This document shows positions 19,984-30,993 of a stretch of DNA of 64,000 nucleotides, piece by piece. This DNA is from an uncultured Candidatus Saccharibacteria bacterium (lineage in GTDB: Bacteria; Patescibacteriota; Minisyncoccia; UBA6257; CAYRSR01). Below the pieces are notes generated by a model, which was given only the letters and a program-made list of their open reading frames with translations, was not told the DNA's origin and ran no database searches. How positions within the stretch are numbered: position 1 is the stretch's first letter; every line of letters starts with the position of its first letter. The DNA lies in NCBI GenBank assembly GCA_964427275.1, contig CAYRSR010000001.1, positions 20,394-84,393 of the forward strand. Reading direction: 5' to 3'. The position numbers were made by a program, and so were the translations under genes.

Positions 19984-22900
19984 TTATTCTTTAAAGAAAT
20001 ATCGGTTTTGGTCTCTAGCTATAGTTACTAAAGTCCCCCTGGGAAGACCAGAGTTATTACAATTTAGAAAAGCTATGGTTATGAAATCTGAAGAATTAAG
20101 CTCGGATAAATTTTTATCTGAATTGTAAATTCCAGAAACTTTAATGACAATTTTCCCTGGTTTATCCTGTTTTGGAAAAACAATTTCTGAAAATGGCAGC
20201 GAATATCTTCTATAGCATATACAATCCTTTTTTTCAGCTAAAAACAGAGCTGGAGAATCCTTAATTTGACTGCATTGCTTATAATTTAACTTTAGCTGAG
20301 AATCATTTTGAATTATTTCAGAATCTCTGGCATTCAGGTTAAAGGAGATATTTTTAGCTGGCTGATTAAAATAAAATATTATTGCCTGCCAGGGATAATC
20401 ATTTTCAGGAATAAATGGATACTTACCAAATTCAAAACTTAACTCAACAGTTGAAGAAGAGTTTAAATGTCCCCACTGAATATTTTTAAGTCCTAATGGA
20501 TTTTTAATCTCAGGAACTGAATAATTGAACAATTTTGTTTCAGAATAAATTCCAAATTCATCTTTAGCTCTAACTGCTATTTGATACGTACTACCAGGAT
20601 AAACAGTTAACCTGACTGAATTTTCCACTTCCTGCCAATCTTTATCTTCTAAATTTTCAGGCAATTCAGCATATTTCAATTCATATTTCAACGACTTGTC
20701 CAATGAATCAACATCAGTTGATTTGAATTCCAGACAAAGTTCTGAATTATTCTCATCCAGGCTAGAACTGAGAATTTCTGGAATAATTGGTTTTTGATGA
20801 AAAGAAATATCATCCTGAAAGTAGTATTTAGTTCTATCTACAGCTACCAATCTAGCTGTAGTGTCAGAACTGGAGCTATAAAAGGCAATGGTTAAATAAT
20901 CTGAATTAGAAAGGTTATCAATATCAGCGTCATCAATCTTAATTTTTAAATGCAAGTCTTCTAACTGACTCCAGGGCATTGAACCAACTCCGGTCCATCC
21001 AGGTATCATCTGCTGGCTTTCAGTATCAGGCAAAATTAAACTGGTGCTGGTTCGTTCACTCTGGCTATATAAATTAACCCAGGTTAAGTACTTTAGCCTA
21101 ATAGCTTCATTGATTTCAGAACCCCAATATCCATACTTCTTTGCATTTTCGCTGGAGTCAACATAAAAACCGCTTGCCCCATCTAGCTGATTAATTTCAA
21201 CATTTGGGTCTTGATTTAAATAAAATATCAAAAACTTAAAGCTATCTCCCTGATTATAAATATCCGGAATAAATGGATATTTAGAATAGTACAAATCAAT
21301 AAATTGCTGGCCATTGTATTGATATAAATAAACCGAATCTAAAAACGAAGGAACTTTAATTTCAGTATAATTTTTTGAAGACAATAAACCATCTTTATCT
21401 CTGGCTCGAATTGAAAACTTATAATTTCGGCCAATTTCCAAAATTGGCTTGCAAACAGAATTTTCAGAAATTGGTTCAAAAATTAAACTGGTAGAAGAAT
21501 TGGAAATATCGGTAATTAAATAAGTTAAGTCAGAGTTACCTAAACAGTCAGTTGATTTCTCCCAGCTAAATTCAAGTTGCATCTTTTCAGAATTAAATTC
21601 AACTTCAAAGTTTGATGGAGTAGTCGGTCTTTCTCTTGGTTCAGGCAAGCTTTGGGAATTTTGAGGATTAGGAACATCTCTTAAATCAAAATCATTTAAG
21701 CTATCGGTATCGCATCCATTACCAGAAAACTCATATTCATTCTGAGCAACATAGCAAGTGTCATTCAAAATTGCTTTTCGTTCTAAAGATTTTCCTTTGG
21801 GAATATTTGAATAAGAAACTTTATCAACAACATCAGCAGTTTGATAATCGCCATTATACAAAACTATTGAATTGTTTGAATAAGCTAATAGCCCACTACT
21901 TACTGAATAATTAATATCTGGCTGTTTTTCTCCTGAATAATCCTTAGAACCAATCAAGAAAAAACCTCTAGCCGGAATAGTCCCGATAAATTTACCATCA
22001 TCTAATAAATTAGTTTCGGTTCCAGTAGAGGTTATTTTTCTTAACTCCCAGCCAGTTAAATCTACCGGTTTTGAAGCGGGATTGTAAAGCTCAACAAATT
22101 CATCATTAGGGTTTTCTTCAGTTCCAGCTTGAATTTCCGAAATAACTACATGGTCGGCTAATTTTGGCACCGGTTTTACTTCAATAATTTTGGAAACCTT
22201 CGAGCTGGCATTTTTATCATCAAAAATAGTTAAAGAAATTTGATAAGTTTTTGGCTCTGAGAATGAATGACTGATCAATTGAGTGGTAGTAGAGATGAAA
22301 CTTCCATCACCAAAATCCCAGTTATAAGAAGTAATTTTTCCATCTGAATCAAAAGAATTGCTGGCGTCAAAGTTAATCAGCTGATTGACTTTGGGATTTT
22401 GAGGTTGAAAATCAAAATCGGCAATTGGCAAGGAATTTGGAGGAGGACCAACCGAAATTGTAGTAGAAGTAGAATTAGATAAATTTTGGTCATCATAAAC
22501 AGTTAAAACCACCCGATAATTACCTGGCTCAACATAATGATGAAAAATGACCGTGCTGGTAGTAGAACTGGCAAAACCATCTCCAAAATCCCAATTATAG
22601 GAAATAATTTCTCCGTCAGAATCAGTTGAGGAAGAGGCGTCAAAAGTTATTTCGTCTTCAGTGGTCGGATTTTCAGGAGTACAAACAAAAAAAGCGCTTG
22701 GAGATTGGTTTATATGTTTTTTGTTTTCTTCTCCCGGCGAGGGATTTTCTTCAAGCCATTGTCCATCTATTTTTTGAAGAGATTTATTGTTGCCATCTGC
22801 TCCCCAAGTGTTTGAATATTCTACCTGGTCAATAATTTCATCGTTGTATTTTAAAGCAATTTCTTCGCCAGGATTGTTCTTCAGAGAATTAAAGGAAGAT

Positions 22901-23368
22901 TTAAAAAGAGGAGAAGTGCAATCAGGGAATTCCTCTTTAAACTTCTCTGGATTGTTGGAAATTACGGCATATTCGTTGGAAGAAATTTCTTTATTTCCTT
23001 GGAATAAAGAAACACTATGATTGGTTTTATCTTCGTAAAACTTTAAACAAGTTAAATCTATTTCTTTATTTCCTTTATTTTTTATCTCTATCCATTCTCT
23101 CCCTGAATCATTGCCTTCCGGATTATACATAATCTCAGTAATTTCTAATTGCAAAGATTGTTGGTTTTCAGAAGGAATAACAGTTACAATTAAATTATCG
23201 CTATCTTTATTTCCAGCTGCATCTGAAACCTCTAAAGTTACAGTATTAGGTATTTGCCGATGAATAGCCCTGAAAAAATGGCTTTTCTCCTAACAAATCC
23301 GCTACTCCATCATTGTTAACATCCCAATTATAAGAAACAATCCCAATATTATCAGTTGAACCAGAAAC
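19984..23368 (-). pseudogene. Lamin-tail/PKD/FN3-like surface protein, 5'-truncated and frameshifted (open frame 19984..~23245)
   Basis: ITEIMYNP.G.D..REWIE lamin-tail domains and SYNWDFGDG PKD domains. The frame continues upstream of the TTG 'start' into another PKD broken by +1 nt near 23246. No signal peptide. Confidence 0.75.
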
Positions 23369-23500
23369 AATGTAATATTTATAATAACGTTAAGCTATCA
23401 CTCTGTTAATATCTTTTACTTGTAATAATGACATAATTATCAGGCAGATCCATGAAAAAAGAATTTAGAGGAACTTTACAGTTAAATTCAAGAAGCTTAT

Positions 23501-23773
23501 TTACAAGATTAGATTTTGTAAAGTTTGCAAATATTTTCTACCTTTACCTTTTTTAATATTTCTTGCTTTTACGCTTTCACCAGTTTCAAGATTTGTCAGT
23601 TTATAATTAAACATGCTATTATCATCAATTTTCTCAATTTCAATTTCAGCTGTTGGAATCCACGTGCAAACCGTAGGCATATCCCCGGGATTAATTAGCC
23701 ATTCAGATTCATCTATTAAAGAAATTTTTTCTCCATCATTTATCACTTCATATAATAACATTTTTTTGTTCAT
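23501..23773 (-). CDS. Hypothetical protein
   Basis: ATG-initiated ORF with plausible composition. Confidence 0.55.
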   Translation of the reverse strand: MNKKMLLYEVINDGEKISLIDESEWLINPGDMPTVCTWIPTAEIEIEKIDDNSMFNYKLTNLETGESVKARNIKKGKGRKYLQTLQNLIL

Positions 23774-24020
23774 ATGATTAGAATTGAGTAGGATTAGTTA
23801 CTAACAAGCTATACACAAACTCACTGATTTTAAGCTCTACTCAAGCTAAAATTTTACTTAAAAAGATACAACCATAATTACTCTCTAATTGCATTAACCT
23901 TTGATTTGATTATAAGCAAATTTTATACTTAAATAAAGTGGCACGCTTGTACATTTCTACCAGGTAAAAAATAGGACAATTTTTGGGGTCTGACCTCCCT
24001 TGTTCAACGGCTAATTACGC

Positions 24021-24290
24021 CTATTTAGCCGTTGATTTAAATTGATAATAAACAAACCTACCGGTTTTGCCTACTTGTTCAATTGTTCCTTCCTTTTCTA
24101 ATTCATCCAAATAATTAGTAGCAGTAACATCAGAACAATTTAAAATCTCCTGAATATTATTATTGGCGATTTTCCTTTTTTCTTTTAATATTTCCAAAAT
24201 TTTTCTCTTACTCTCTTGCTTTTTCTTTATCCTGGCTTGAGTGGCTTTCTTTATACTATAACCAACAACATCTCTATCTTCATTTCTCAA
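24021..24290 (-). CDS. Winged-HTH protein (possibly truncated)
   Basis: IANNNIQEILNCSDVTATNYLDELEKEG.I.QVG.TG HTH/wing pattern. Confidence 0.7.
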   Translation of the reverse strand: MRNEDRDVVGYSIKKATQARIKKKQESKRKILEILKEKRKIANNNIQEILNCSDVTATNYLDELEKEGTIEQVGKTGRFVYYQFKSTAK

Positions 24291-24333
24291 CTTCCTTACT
24301 CTTTTCTTTTTCCTAAAATTTCTTTTATAAAAG

Positions 24334-24681
24334 TTACTGGGATTTACACTTAATATGGAAAATTGATACTAAAAATAGAACTGCCACAATAAGGTCAATT
24401 ATCTGCCATAATTCTTTATCCAAATGAATAGGTAAGATGAGATTAAAGAGGATAGCCACTCCCATCATTAACCAAAGCCAGCTTTTCTTGTTAAGATTAT
24501 AAGCTACCCATAGCACGAAAAGGGCTAGTCCTGTAACAACCCAACGCAAAAGAATGTAATATCCGTAAGGCCATATTCCCGAAGGAATAGCAAGTAAAAG
24601 CATTAAAATAACAATTACCGAAGCAATATTCTTATTTCTAATTATATTTTTAAAAATTGTAGATTCTTCCACATGGGGCAT
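24334..24681 (-). CDS. Small membrane protein (DUF6804-like)
   Basis: PYGYYILLRWVV...ILFNL..PIHL.K..W..ID motif. Confidence 0.7.
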   Translation of the reverse strand: MPHVEESTIFKNIIRNKNIASVIVILMLLLAIPSGIWPYGYYILLRWVVTGLALFVLWVAYNLNKKSWLWLMMGVAILFNLILPIHLDKELWQIIDLIVAVLFLVSIFHIKCKSQ

Positions 24682-24753
24682 TATATCTAATACAAGTTTA
24701 AAGTCAAGCGATCATATAAGATGAGTACATCTTCTTGAAAAACTTCGAAATAT

Positions 24754-25386
24754 ATGCTATCACTATTAGGAGTTATAGAAAACTTGATCAGGAGAACCTA
24801 TAAAACAATTTTATCTGGTCTGCTATCACTTTGTGCAATAGGAAGTCTTTTTTATATAGCTTGCGATACTAATACTTATGCGAGAGTAAAGAGATACTAT
24901 CGGAAAGACGGCACTTATATAAGACCTCACTATAGGAGTAACCCCGATGGTAATCCTCATAATAATTGGAGTTTTCCCGGTAATGTTAATCCATTTACAG
25001 GAAAGGTAGCACCTGGTAATCCGGGTACTTATTTAAAAAATTATTATAAGAAACCAGCACCTCCCTCTTGTAGAGTTCCTAAACCCAAAACCTCTCTGAC
25101 GCTAAAGTTTAGTCCTCAAGTGAGCCTTCTAACAAGATTATTATACCAAGAAATAAGAAATGGAGATGTTACAAAGCTTCAAAGGTTCGCTGTCTCTCAA
25201 GATTCAGATATTTATCCTGAGAAGTTGATTACTAGTTATTTTGGCCCTTTGACTGAAGCTGCGGTAGTTCACTTTCAAGAGAAATATACTAATAATATTT
25301 TAGCTCCCTGGAGTTTAATCAGGGAGACCGAAATTGTTGGCATTACCACTAGAGCAAAAATTAATGGAATATTGCTATTAAACTAA
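24754..25386 (+). CDS. Secreted protein with YYRKDGTY..PHYRS motif and degenerate peptidoglycan-binding domain
   Basis: DVTKLQ...YFGPLTEAAV..FQ...VGITTRAKIN, with several conserved glycines substituted. Confidence 0.7.
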   Translation: MLSLLGVIENLIRRTYKTILSGLLSLCAIGSLFYIACDTNTYARVKRYYRKDGTYIRPHYRSNPDGNPHNNWSFPGNVNPFTGKVAPGNPGTYLKNYYKKPAPPSCRVPKPKTSLTLKFSPQVSLLTRLLYQEIRNGDVTKLQRFAVSQDSDIYPEKLITSYFGPLTEAAVVHFQEKYTNNILAPWSLIRETEIVGITTRAKINGILLLN

Positions 25387-25399
25387 TAGGTAACGGTTT

Positions 25400-26137
25400 A
25401 TGAATATTTTTTTGAAAAAGAATAAAACCTTCATTGCAATAATAATAGCTGCTTTTATAATTGGTGGTTTTATTTATTTATCTAATTCCAGAATCAGCTT
25501 TCCCAGTCCAGAATCTCCCAAAGAAGAAATTCCCAACTTAAAAACAAAAAAGCAAGTTGTTCCTAAAGATGAATTACAATTATTTACCCAATTGCAGCAA
25601 ATTCTCAACGAGACAATGGAAGCCGAAAGAATCTCAGACAATCGTATTTATCTCCCTCGATTTCCTCATTATCAAAAAGAATTTGTTGAATTTGAAGAAA
25701 GCATTGCTAATCTTCCTCTTTTAGAGCAAGTAAAAAGAAAAGAGCTCTACGCAAAGGAGAATCCTGAATACCAAGCATATCGCAATGCTGTTACTAAACA
25801 GCTTGATAAAGTTTTCCAATGGGGATACCAAATTAGCAGGGGAAAAACATTAGCTATGACCTTGCACCAAATTATGGAAGGAGAAAAACAACCGAGTGAA
25901 ATCCAAGAACTATTAGAAAGATATGCAAAAGCATCTGTCAAATTTTGGAATCTTGAAGAAATATATTATTATTACAGCTTCTGTTATAGAACCCAACAAC
26001 AAATGGAAATATCTGATTGTCTCAATAATCAAGAGAAGCGGTTAGGAAAATTCCCTGATGATTTAGAACAACAACGTAATTCAGCACTTCTTACAGTAAT
26101 AATTTTAGGAAAAAAAATTGATGCTTTAGTTGAATAA
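25400..26137 (+). CDS. Hypothetical membrane-anchored protein
   Basis: N-terminal TM IAIIIAAFIIGGFIY. Confidence 0.7.
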   Translation: MNIFLKKNKTFIAIIIAAFIIGGFIYLSNSRISFPSPESPKEEIPNLKTKKQVVPKDELQLFTQLQQILNETMEAERISDNRIYLPRFPHYQKEFVEFEESIANLPLLEQVKRKELYAKENPEYQAYRNAVTKQLDKVFQWGYQISRGKTLAMTLHQIMEGEKQPSEIQELLERYAKASVKFWNLEEIYYYYSFCYRTQQQMEISDCLNNQEKRLGKFPDDLEQQRNSALLTVIILGKKIDALVE

Positions 26138-26157
26138 AAACTTTCATAAATAAGCCT

Positions 26158-26344
26158 ATGAAAGAAAAAAAAGAAAAATTGTGAGTGGATAAAATGGATT
26201 TTAATTACTCTTATTATTTATGTAGTGATTTATTTAATTTGTCCAAAATATGACTTTATCAGTAGCAGTGACAGAATGATATATGTATGTAATAAAATTA
26301 CTGGACAGTGCAGAAGAGCAACTAAGTATGATCGCCTCTGGTAA
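26158..26344 (+). pseudogene. Small membrane protein frameshifted in an A-tract
   Basis: ATG frame stops after MKEKKEKL; the +1 frame continues NCEWIKWILITLIIYVVIYLICPKY...NKITGQC...W*. Confidence 0.55.
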
Positions 26345-26937
26345 GATCTGAAGCTAAAGTCATCTGTTAGGTAAAGCCATTTCAGCTCTAAATTTAGGAT
26401 TTTCTCTGGAATTACTTAAAATCTTCTTAATCTGATTAATATAGTAGAGGATTTACTTCAGCTGTCTGAGCGATAATAGTTCTTAGAATCTGTCTTTTAA
26501 GTATACAATCTTCACAGTAACTTTCCTGAGTGACTACCAAAATTTTTAATTTACTTAAAGCAAAGCTCGCTTTAAGACCAATTGAGGAATTCATCTATAG
26601 ATGGGTTTGAAGGATAATTATATTGCCTATAAACCAAGCCAACATCAAGACTGCCATAGCTAACCCAGACTTTACTCACCTTTTTTAAGAAATTTTTTCA
26701 TAAAAATATATAATTGGCAAAATGCGTTACTACACAGATTAATTTTTTGTCAACTGGTCAAATTTTTAAAAATTTTTTGTAGGAAACATAATTTAGCAAA
26801 ACCTTATTACCAATTAATTTTTTGTTAAGCAGTTCAAAATAATTCAATGAACTATTAAACTATTTAAGTACTTGACTAGTTAGACACTTAAATACATTAA
26901 GAACAAAGAGTCAAATAATCAAAAATGAAAACCTGAA

Positions 26938-27513
26938 TTATCTACTCTGATTCAGATAAGCTTTCCTGATTAAATAGTAAAAAAGAGCAATGGTTATGAT
27001 AATTCCAAAAAGAACCTGCCAGCCAAAGTGCTGCTGTATAGTTAAACCTAATTTAGTTATTAGTAATACCAATCCCCCGGCAGTAAATACTCCCAAGCTA
27101 ATAGCAGAAAGAGCCTTTTTAAATGGAATACCAAATAAGAAGGCAATTAAACAACCAGTCCAGGCTCCGGTAACTGGAAGTGGAATAGCTACGAACAAAG
27201 CTAAAATCGGATGACCAAATTTTTTAATCTGTAAATTGTATTTTTTTCTAGTTCTTTTGAATAACCAGCTAAAAAATATTTCAAAAACTTTAAAATTTCT
27301 GGAAAGAAAATTAGTTATTTTTTCTAAAAATAGTAACAGAAAAATTACTGGAATTAAATTACCAGCTACAGATATTAAATAAGCAAGAACCGGATTTAAA
27401 CCATAAACTGTTAAAGCCACTGGAATAGAAACTCTTAATTCTCCAATTGGTGTCATAGCTAAAAGAAGAATTTTAATTAATTGATTCATTTTTAGGTAGT
27501 GTAACAGAGTCAA
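26938..27513 (-). CDS. Small multi-drug export family protein
   Basis: P.GELRVSIP, GNLIPV and FVAIPLPVTGAWTG motifs. Confidence 0.9.
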   Translation of the reverse strand: MTLLHYLKMNQLIKILLLAMTPIGELRVSIPVALTVYGLNPVLAYLISVAGNLIPVIFLLLFLEKITNFLSRNFKVFEIFFSWLFKRTRKKYNLQIKKFGHPILALFVAIPLPVTGAWTGCLIAFLFGIPFKKALSAISLGVFTAGGLVLLITKLGLTIQQHFGWQVLFGIIITIALFYYLIRKAYLNQSR

Positions 27514-27565
27514 TTTCTAAATTAAAGTGGATTATGAACATATTCCCAACTATACTAACACCAAC

Positions 27566-27612
27566 CACTTAAGTACTTAACTACTCAAGTACTTAAGTAG
27601 TTAAGTACTCAA
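27566..27612. repeat. Palindromic 8-mer array
   Basis: GTACTTAACTACT...AGTAGTTAAGTAC inverted repeat; similar units at 26850-26900. Confidence 0.55.
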
Positions 27613-27741
27613 TCAAAACTCATAAAAACATCACATACAAATAAAAATAAGTAGGCGATAAAATAAGAATAAGAAAGTAGATGATTTACAATATTACCAA
27701 CACTTAGAGAAGATTATAAGTAATTACTTGGTAGAAATTTT

Positions 27742-28539
27742 TTAGGCTGATGCTTCTCTACTCTTTTTCCACCATTCTTTAATAAAAGCAGCAAATACTC
27801 CAATAAGTAACCCTAAAATTCCAGATATAGTTAGATTCTGAGCAACTTTTGGCCGAATTGGTCGGTCCAAAACTTGGGCAGATTTTATTACTTTAGTTGA
27901 TTCAATTTTGGTTAAAGCATTCTTCAATTCATTAATTTTCGATTTAGTCTCGCTGATTTCCTGTTTTTTAACTTCAAGTAAATTCAGTAAGGCATACCTT
28001 TCCGAGCCAGTTAACTTTTGAATGTCCTGTTCTAAGATTTTCCTTTCTTGCTCTAAAGAATTAACTTTTTGCTCCAGATTTCTAATATTATCATTTAAGA
28101 TATTTTGTTTAGCCGAAACTTTGAGCTGGTGTTGCTTTAAAATAACCTGATTTAAGTTATTCAAAGCTTTCCGAATCAACTGCTTATTAGTTGATTCAAT
28201 TTTAACTTCTATAAAACTGGTCTCACCTAAGACAGCTGACGATATTCTAATTAAAGGTTTTTCTTTTCTCCCAACTACTAAATCCGAATAAACTCCTTGA
28301 TTAATTTTTTCCACTAGTTCAGCCGGAGATTCAATTAATTCTGATACAACCTGACCAGTTTTGGGAACCAAAGTTCCTATCTGCCCAATTTCTAAAATTG
28401 CGGTTCCCTGATAAACTTTAGGAGCAACTAAATTTAAAATAATAGCTGTAACTATGATTATTCCAAAGATAGCTAAAATCAGCCACCTATGTTTAATAAT
28501 TACTTCTAGATAATCCACTAAGTTAACTTCTTCTTCCAT
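27742..28539 (-). CDS. Wzz/chain-length-determinant family protein
   Basis: EEEVNLVDYL..I.K, TM, coiled coil, PIRP and C-terminal TM; start moved to 28539. Confidence 0.85.
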   Translation of the reverse strand: MEEEVNLVDYLEVIIKHRWLILAIFGIIIVTAIILNLVAPKVYQGTAILEIGQIGTLVPKTGQVVSELIESPAELVEKINQGVYSDLVVGRKEKPLIRISSAVLGETSFIEVKIESTNKQLIRKALNNLNQVILKQHQLKVSAKQNILNDNIRNLEQKVNSLEQERKILEQDIQKLTGSERYALLNLLEVKKQEISETKSKINELKNALTKIESTKVIKSAQVLDRPIRPKVAQNLTISGILGLLIGVFAAFIKEWWKKSREASA

Positions 28540-28585
28540 ATATTTTTTACTGTCCTTAGTATAGTAGCCTGTTTTGTCTATTTTG

Positions 28586-29860
28586 TCAAAATAAATATCT
28601 AATAGTTTTAAGAATAATTCCCAAATCAAAGATAAAAGAGCGATGTTTTAAATAATAAAGTTCATATTTCAGTTTTTCTTTGGCTTCATCAACAGAAGCT
28701 CCATACTTGTACTTGATCTGTGCCCAGCCGGTTAAACCGGGCTTTACAAGATGGCGGATGTCATAAAAAGGAATTTCTCTTTTTAATCTTTCTACAAATT
28801 CCGGCCTCTCCGGCCTTGGTCCAACAAAAGAAATATCTCCTTTTAAAATGTTAAAAAACTGGGGAAATTCATCCAAATGAGTGGAGCGGAGAAACTTTCC
28901 AAAAGAAGTTATTCGTGAATCATTCTTAACTGCCCACTGTGGCCCATTTATTTCAGCACTTTTTATCATGGTTCTAAATTTATATAAGGTAAAAATTTTA
29001 CCATTCTTACCTACTCTTTTTTGTTTGTAAAAAATAGGGCCAGGAGAAGTAATTTTTATACCCAGGGCAACAAAAGGAAAAAGAACTCCAGTAACTATTA
29101 AGCCAATTATAGAAAAAACAATATCAAACAATCTCTTAAAAAACTGGTAGGTTTTTCCTTTATTTTTAAAGTTTTCAAAAAACCAGGTCTCATCAATATA
29201 ATCCAAGGCCACCCTTTGAAGCAAACTCTCGTAAAAATCTTTCAAACTTATGTAATTTAAATCCAAAGGAAAATTAGAAAATATCTCTTTTATCCTTTCT
29301 TTGTCTTCTTTGTCAAAAGCCAGAATAACTAAATCCGGCCTTTCTTCGTACTTATTCAAAACTTTGTACTCACTTCTAGTTAAAACTTCAGGAAGAACTT
29401 CCTTTAGTAACAGATGACTTCCCAAAAAAAGAATTTTTTGTTTAAAACCAAAAAATTTTAATAAAAAAGAAATTAAAAGACGCCAGATGTAAAGAAAAAT
29501 TGCTAAAAAGACGACATCCATTAAAAGTATGGTTTTGGGAGAAATAATTATTTTGGGTTGAACATAAAAATAAACACTTCCTACTAAAAAAGCTAAAAAC
29601 AGAAAAATAATTAGATGAGAAAAAAATTCAGATAAATTCTTTAAAGAAGGAATTTCATAAAAATCTAAGAGAAAAAGAATAAAAAGCCAGATTAGATGGA
29701 TAAAAGAAAAATGAAAAAGGAAAATCTGCGTTCTTGGCCCGGGCAAAAAAGAAAAATCGTTATACCTTATAGCCAAAGCTAAAAGAATAGCAAAGTACAT
29801 CAAGAGAAAATCGCCCAAACATAAAACAAACTTTAGAAAATTTATTTTAGACTTCATCAA
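28586..29860 (-). CDS. Priming polyprenyl glycosylphosphotransferase (WbaP/WcaJ family)
   Basis: KRLFDI, KFRTM, DEFPQ, GPRPE and KPGLTGWAQ motifs. Confidence 0.93.
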   Translation of the reverse strand: MMKSKINFLKFVLCLGDFLLMYFAILLALAIRYNDFSFLPGPRTQIFLFHFSFIHLIWLFILFLLDFYEIPSLKNLSEFFSHLIIFLFLAFLVGSVYFYVQPKIIISPKTILLMDVVFLAIFLYIWRLLISFLLKFFGFKQKILFLGSHLLLKEVLPEVLTRSEYKVLNKYEERPDLVILAFDKEDKERIKEIFSNFPLDLNYISLKDFYESLLQRVALDYIDETWFFENFKNKGKTYQFFKRLFDIVFSIIGLIVTGVLFPFVALGIKITSPGPIFYKQKRVGKNGKIFTLYKFRTMIKSAEINGPQWAVKNDSRITSFGKFLRSTHLDEFPQFFNILKGDISFVGPRPERPEFVERLKREIPFYDIRHLVKPGLTGWAQIKYKYGASVDEAKEKLKYELYYLKHRSFIFDLGIILKTIRYLF

Positions 29861-29946
29861 AGACTTTTTATTAACTAGATTTTAAATTCTTGCGTTTTAA
29901 AATACAATAGCTGAAATGCTAGCAGTAGATATAATCACTTTCAATG

Positions 29947-30993
29947 TTATCTTGCAAGGGGTATATCTTCAATCTTTTTCTTTTTATGTTTTTCTAAAAT
30001 AATAAAATCCCATATACCTTTTAAATAGCCAAGTCCATAGCTAAAATGTAAGGTTGAAAAGACAGAAGGAAGAACAAAAAAGAATTTAATTCCTTTTTTG
30101 AGAGAAATTTTTAAAGAAAACACCAGATTAACAATTATATAAGAGCTCAACATAAAAACAAAAAGCCATAAAAGTGGTTGGTAAATTATTGAAAGCGCAA
30201 GCGAAATAACCAAACTTCCAACAAATATCCCTGGAACTAGTTGTCTTATAGTATAAACATTTCCTACTTTTTTAACTGTTAAAGGTTTAAAATACCCATA
30301 TTGAAAGTAGGTTCTCCAGAGTTTAAGTAAGGAATCCCTGGCATAATAATAAGAAACAATTTCTGGGACCAGAAGAATTTTTCCTCCGTACTTTTTTAAT
30401 CTAGTATTAAATTCAGCATCCTGTCCTCGCAATAAATCTTCATCAAACAATCCAATTTTTTTAAAAACTTCCCTTTTATAACAACCAAATGGAACCGTAT
30501 CCACAAATCTTGGTTTTTTTGAACCTATCCTAAAATAAACATTTCCTACACCAAAGGGATGAGAAAGTGCTAACGCAATGGATTGAGAAAGTAAGTTTTC
30601 CTTTGCAGGAAGAGTTATTATAGTTCCTCCGACACAGTCAACACGATGTTTTTGTAAATTCGAAACATTCTCCTGGATAAAATTTTTACCTACCTTTGAA
30701 TGACTGCTTAAAATCAATATATAATCCCCTTTTGCCTTTTTTATTCCTATGTTCATGCCAGCAGGAGTTATCCTCTTTGGGTTATCTAAAATTCTTATAA
30801 ATGAATATTTCTGAATATATTTTTTAACAACCTCTTTTGTCTTATCGGTGCTTCTTCCATCTACTACCAGTACCTCAATTCTATCCTTTGGATAATTCTG
30901 AACAATAATAGAATCAAGACAGTCTCCAATGAACTTTTCTTCATTTCGACAAGGAATAATTATAGAAACCAGTGGTAAATTTTCATTTTCCAT
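29947..30993 (-). CDS. GT2 glycosyltransferase (ExoA-like)
   Basis: SIIIPCRNE, VDG.STD and DTVPFG motifs. Confidence 0.9.
   Translation of the reverse strand: MENENLPLVSIIIPCRNEEKFIGDCLDSIIVQNYPKDRIEVLVVDGRSTDKTKEVVKKYIQKYSFIRILDNPKRITPAGMNIGIKKAKGDYILILSSHSKVGKNFIQENVSNLQKHRVDCVGGTIITLPAKENLLSQSIALALSHPFGVGNVYFRIGSKKPRFVDTVPFGCYKREVFKKIGLFDEDLLRGQDAEFNTRLKKYGGKILLVPEIVSYYYARDSLLKLWRTYFQYGYFKPLTVKKVGNVYTIRQLVPGIFVGSLVISLALSIIYQPLLWLFVFMLSSYIIVNLVFSLKISLKKGIKFFFVLPSVFSTLHFSYGLGYLKGIWDFIILEKHKKKKIEDIPLAR

Noticed and set aside
26400-26900. Possible ncRNA or gene remnant
   Set aside because: No recognisable structure or motif by eye.
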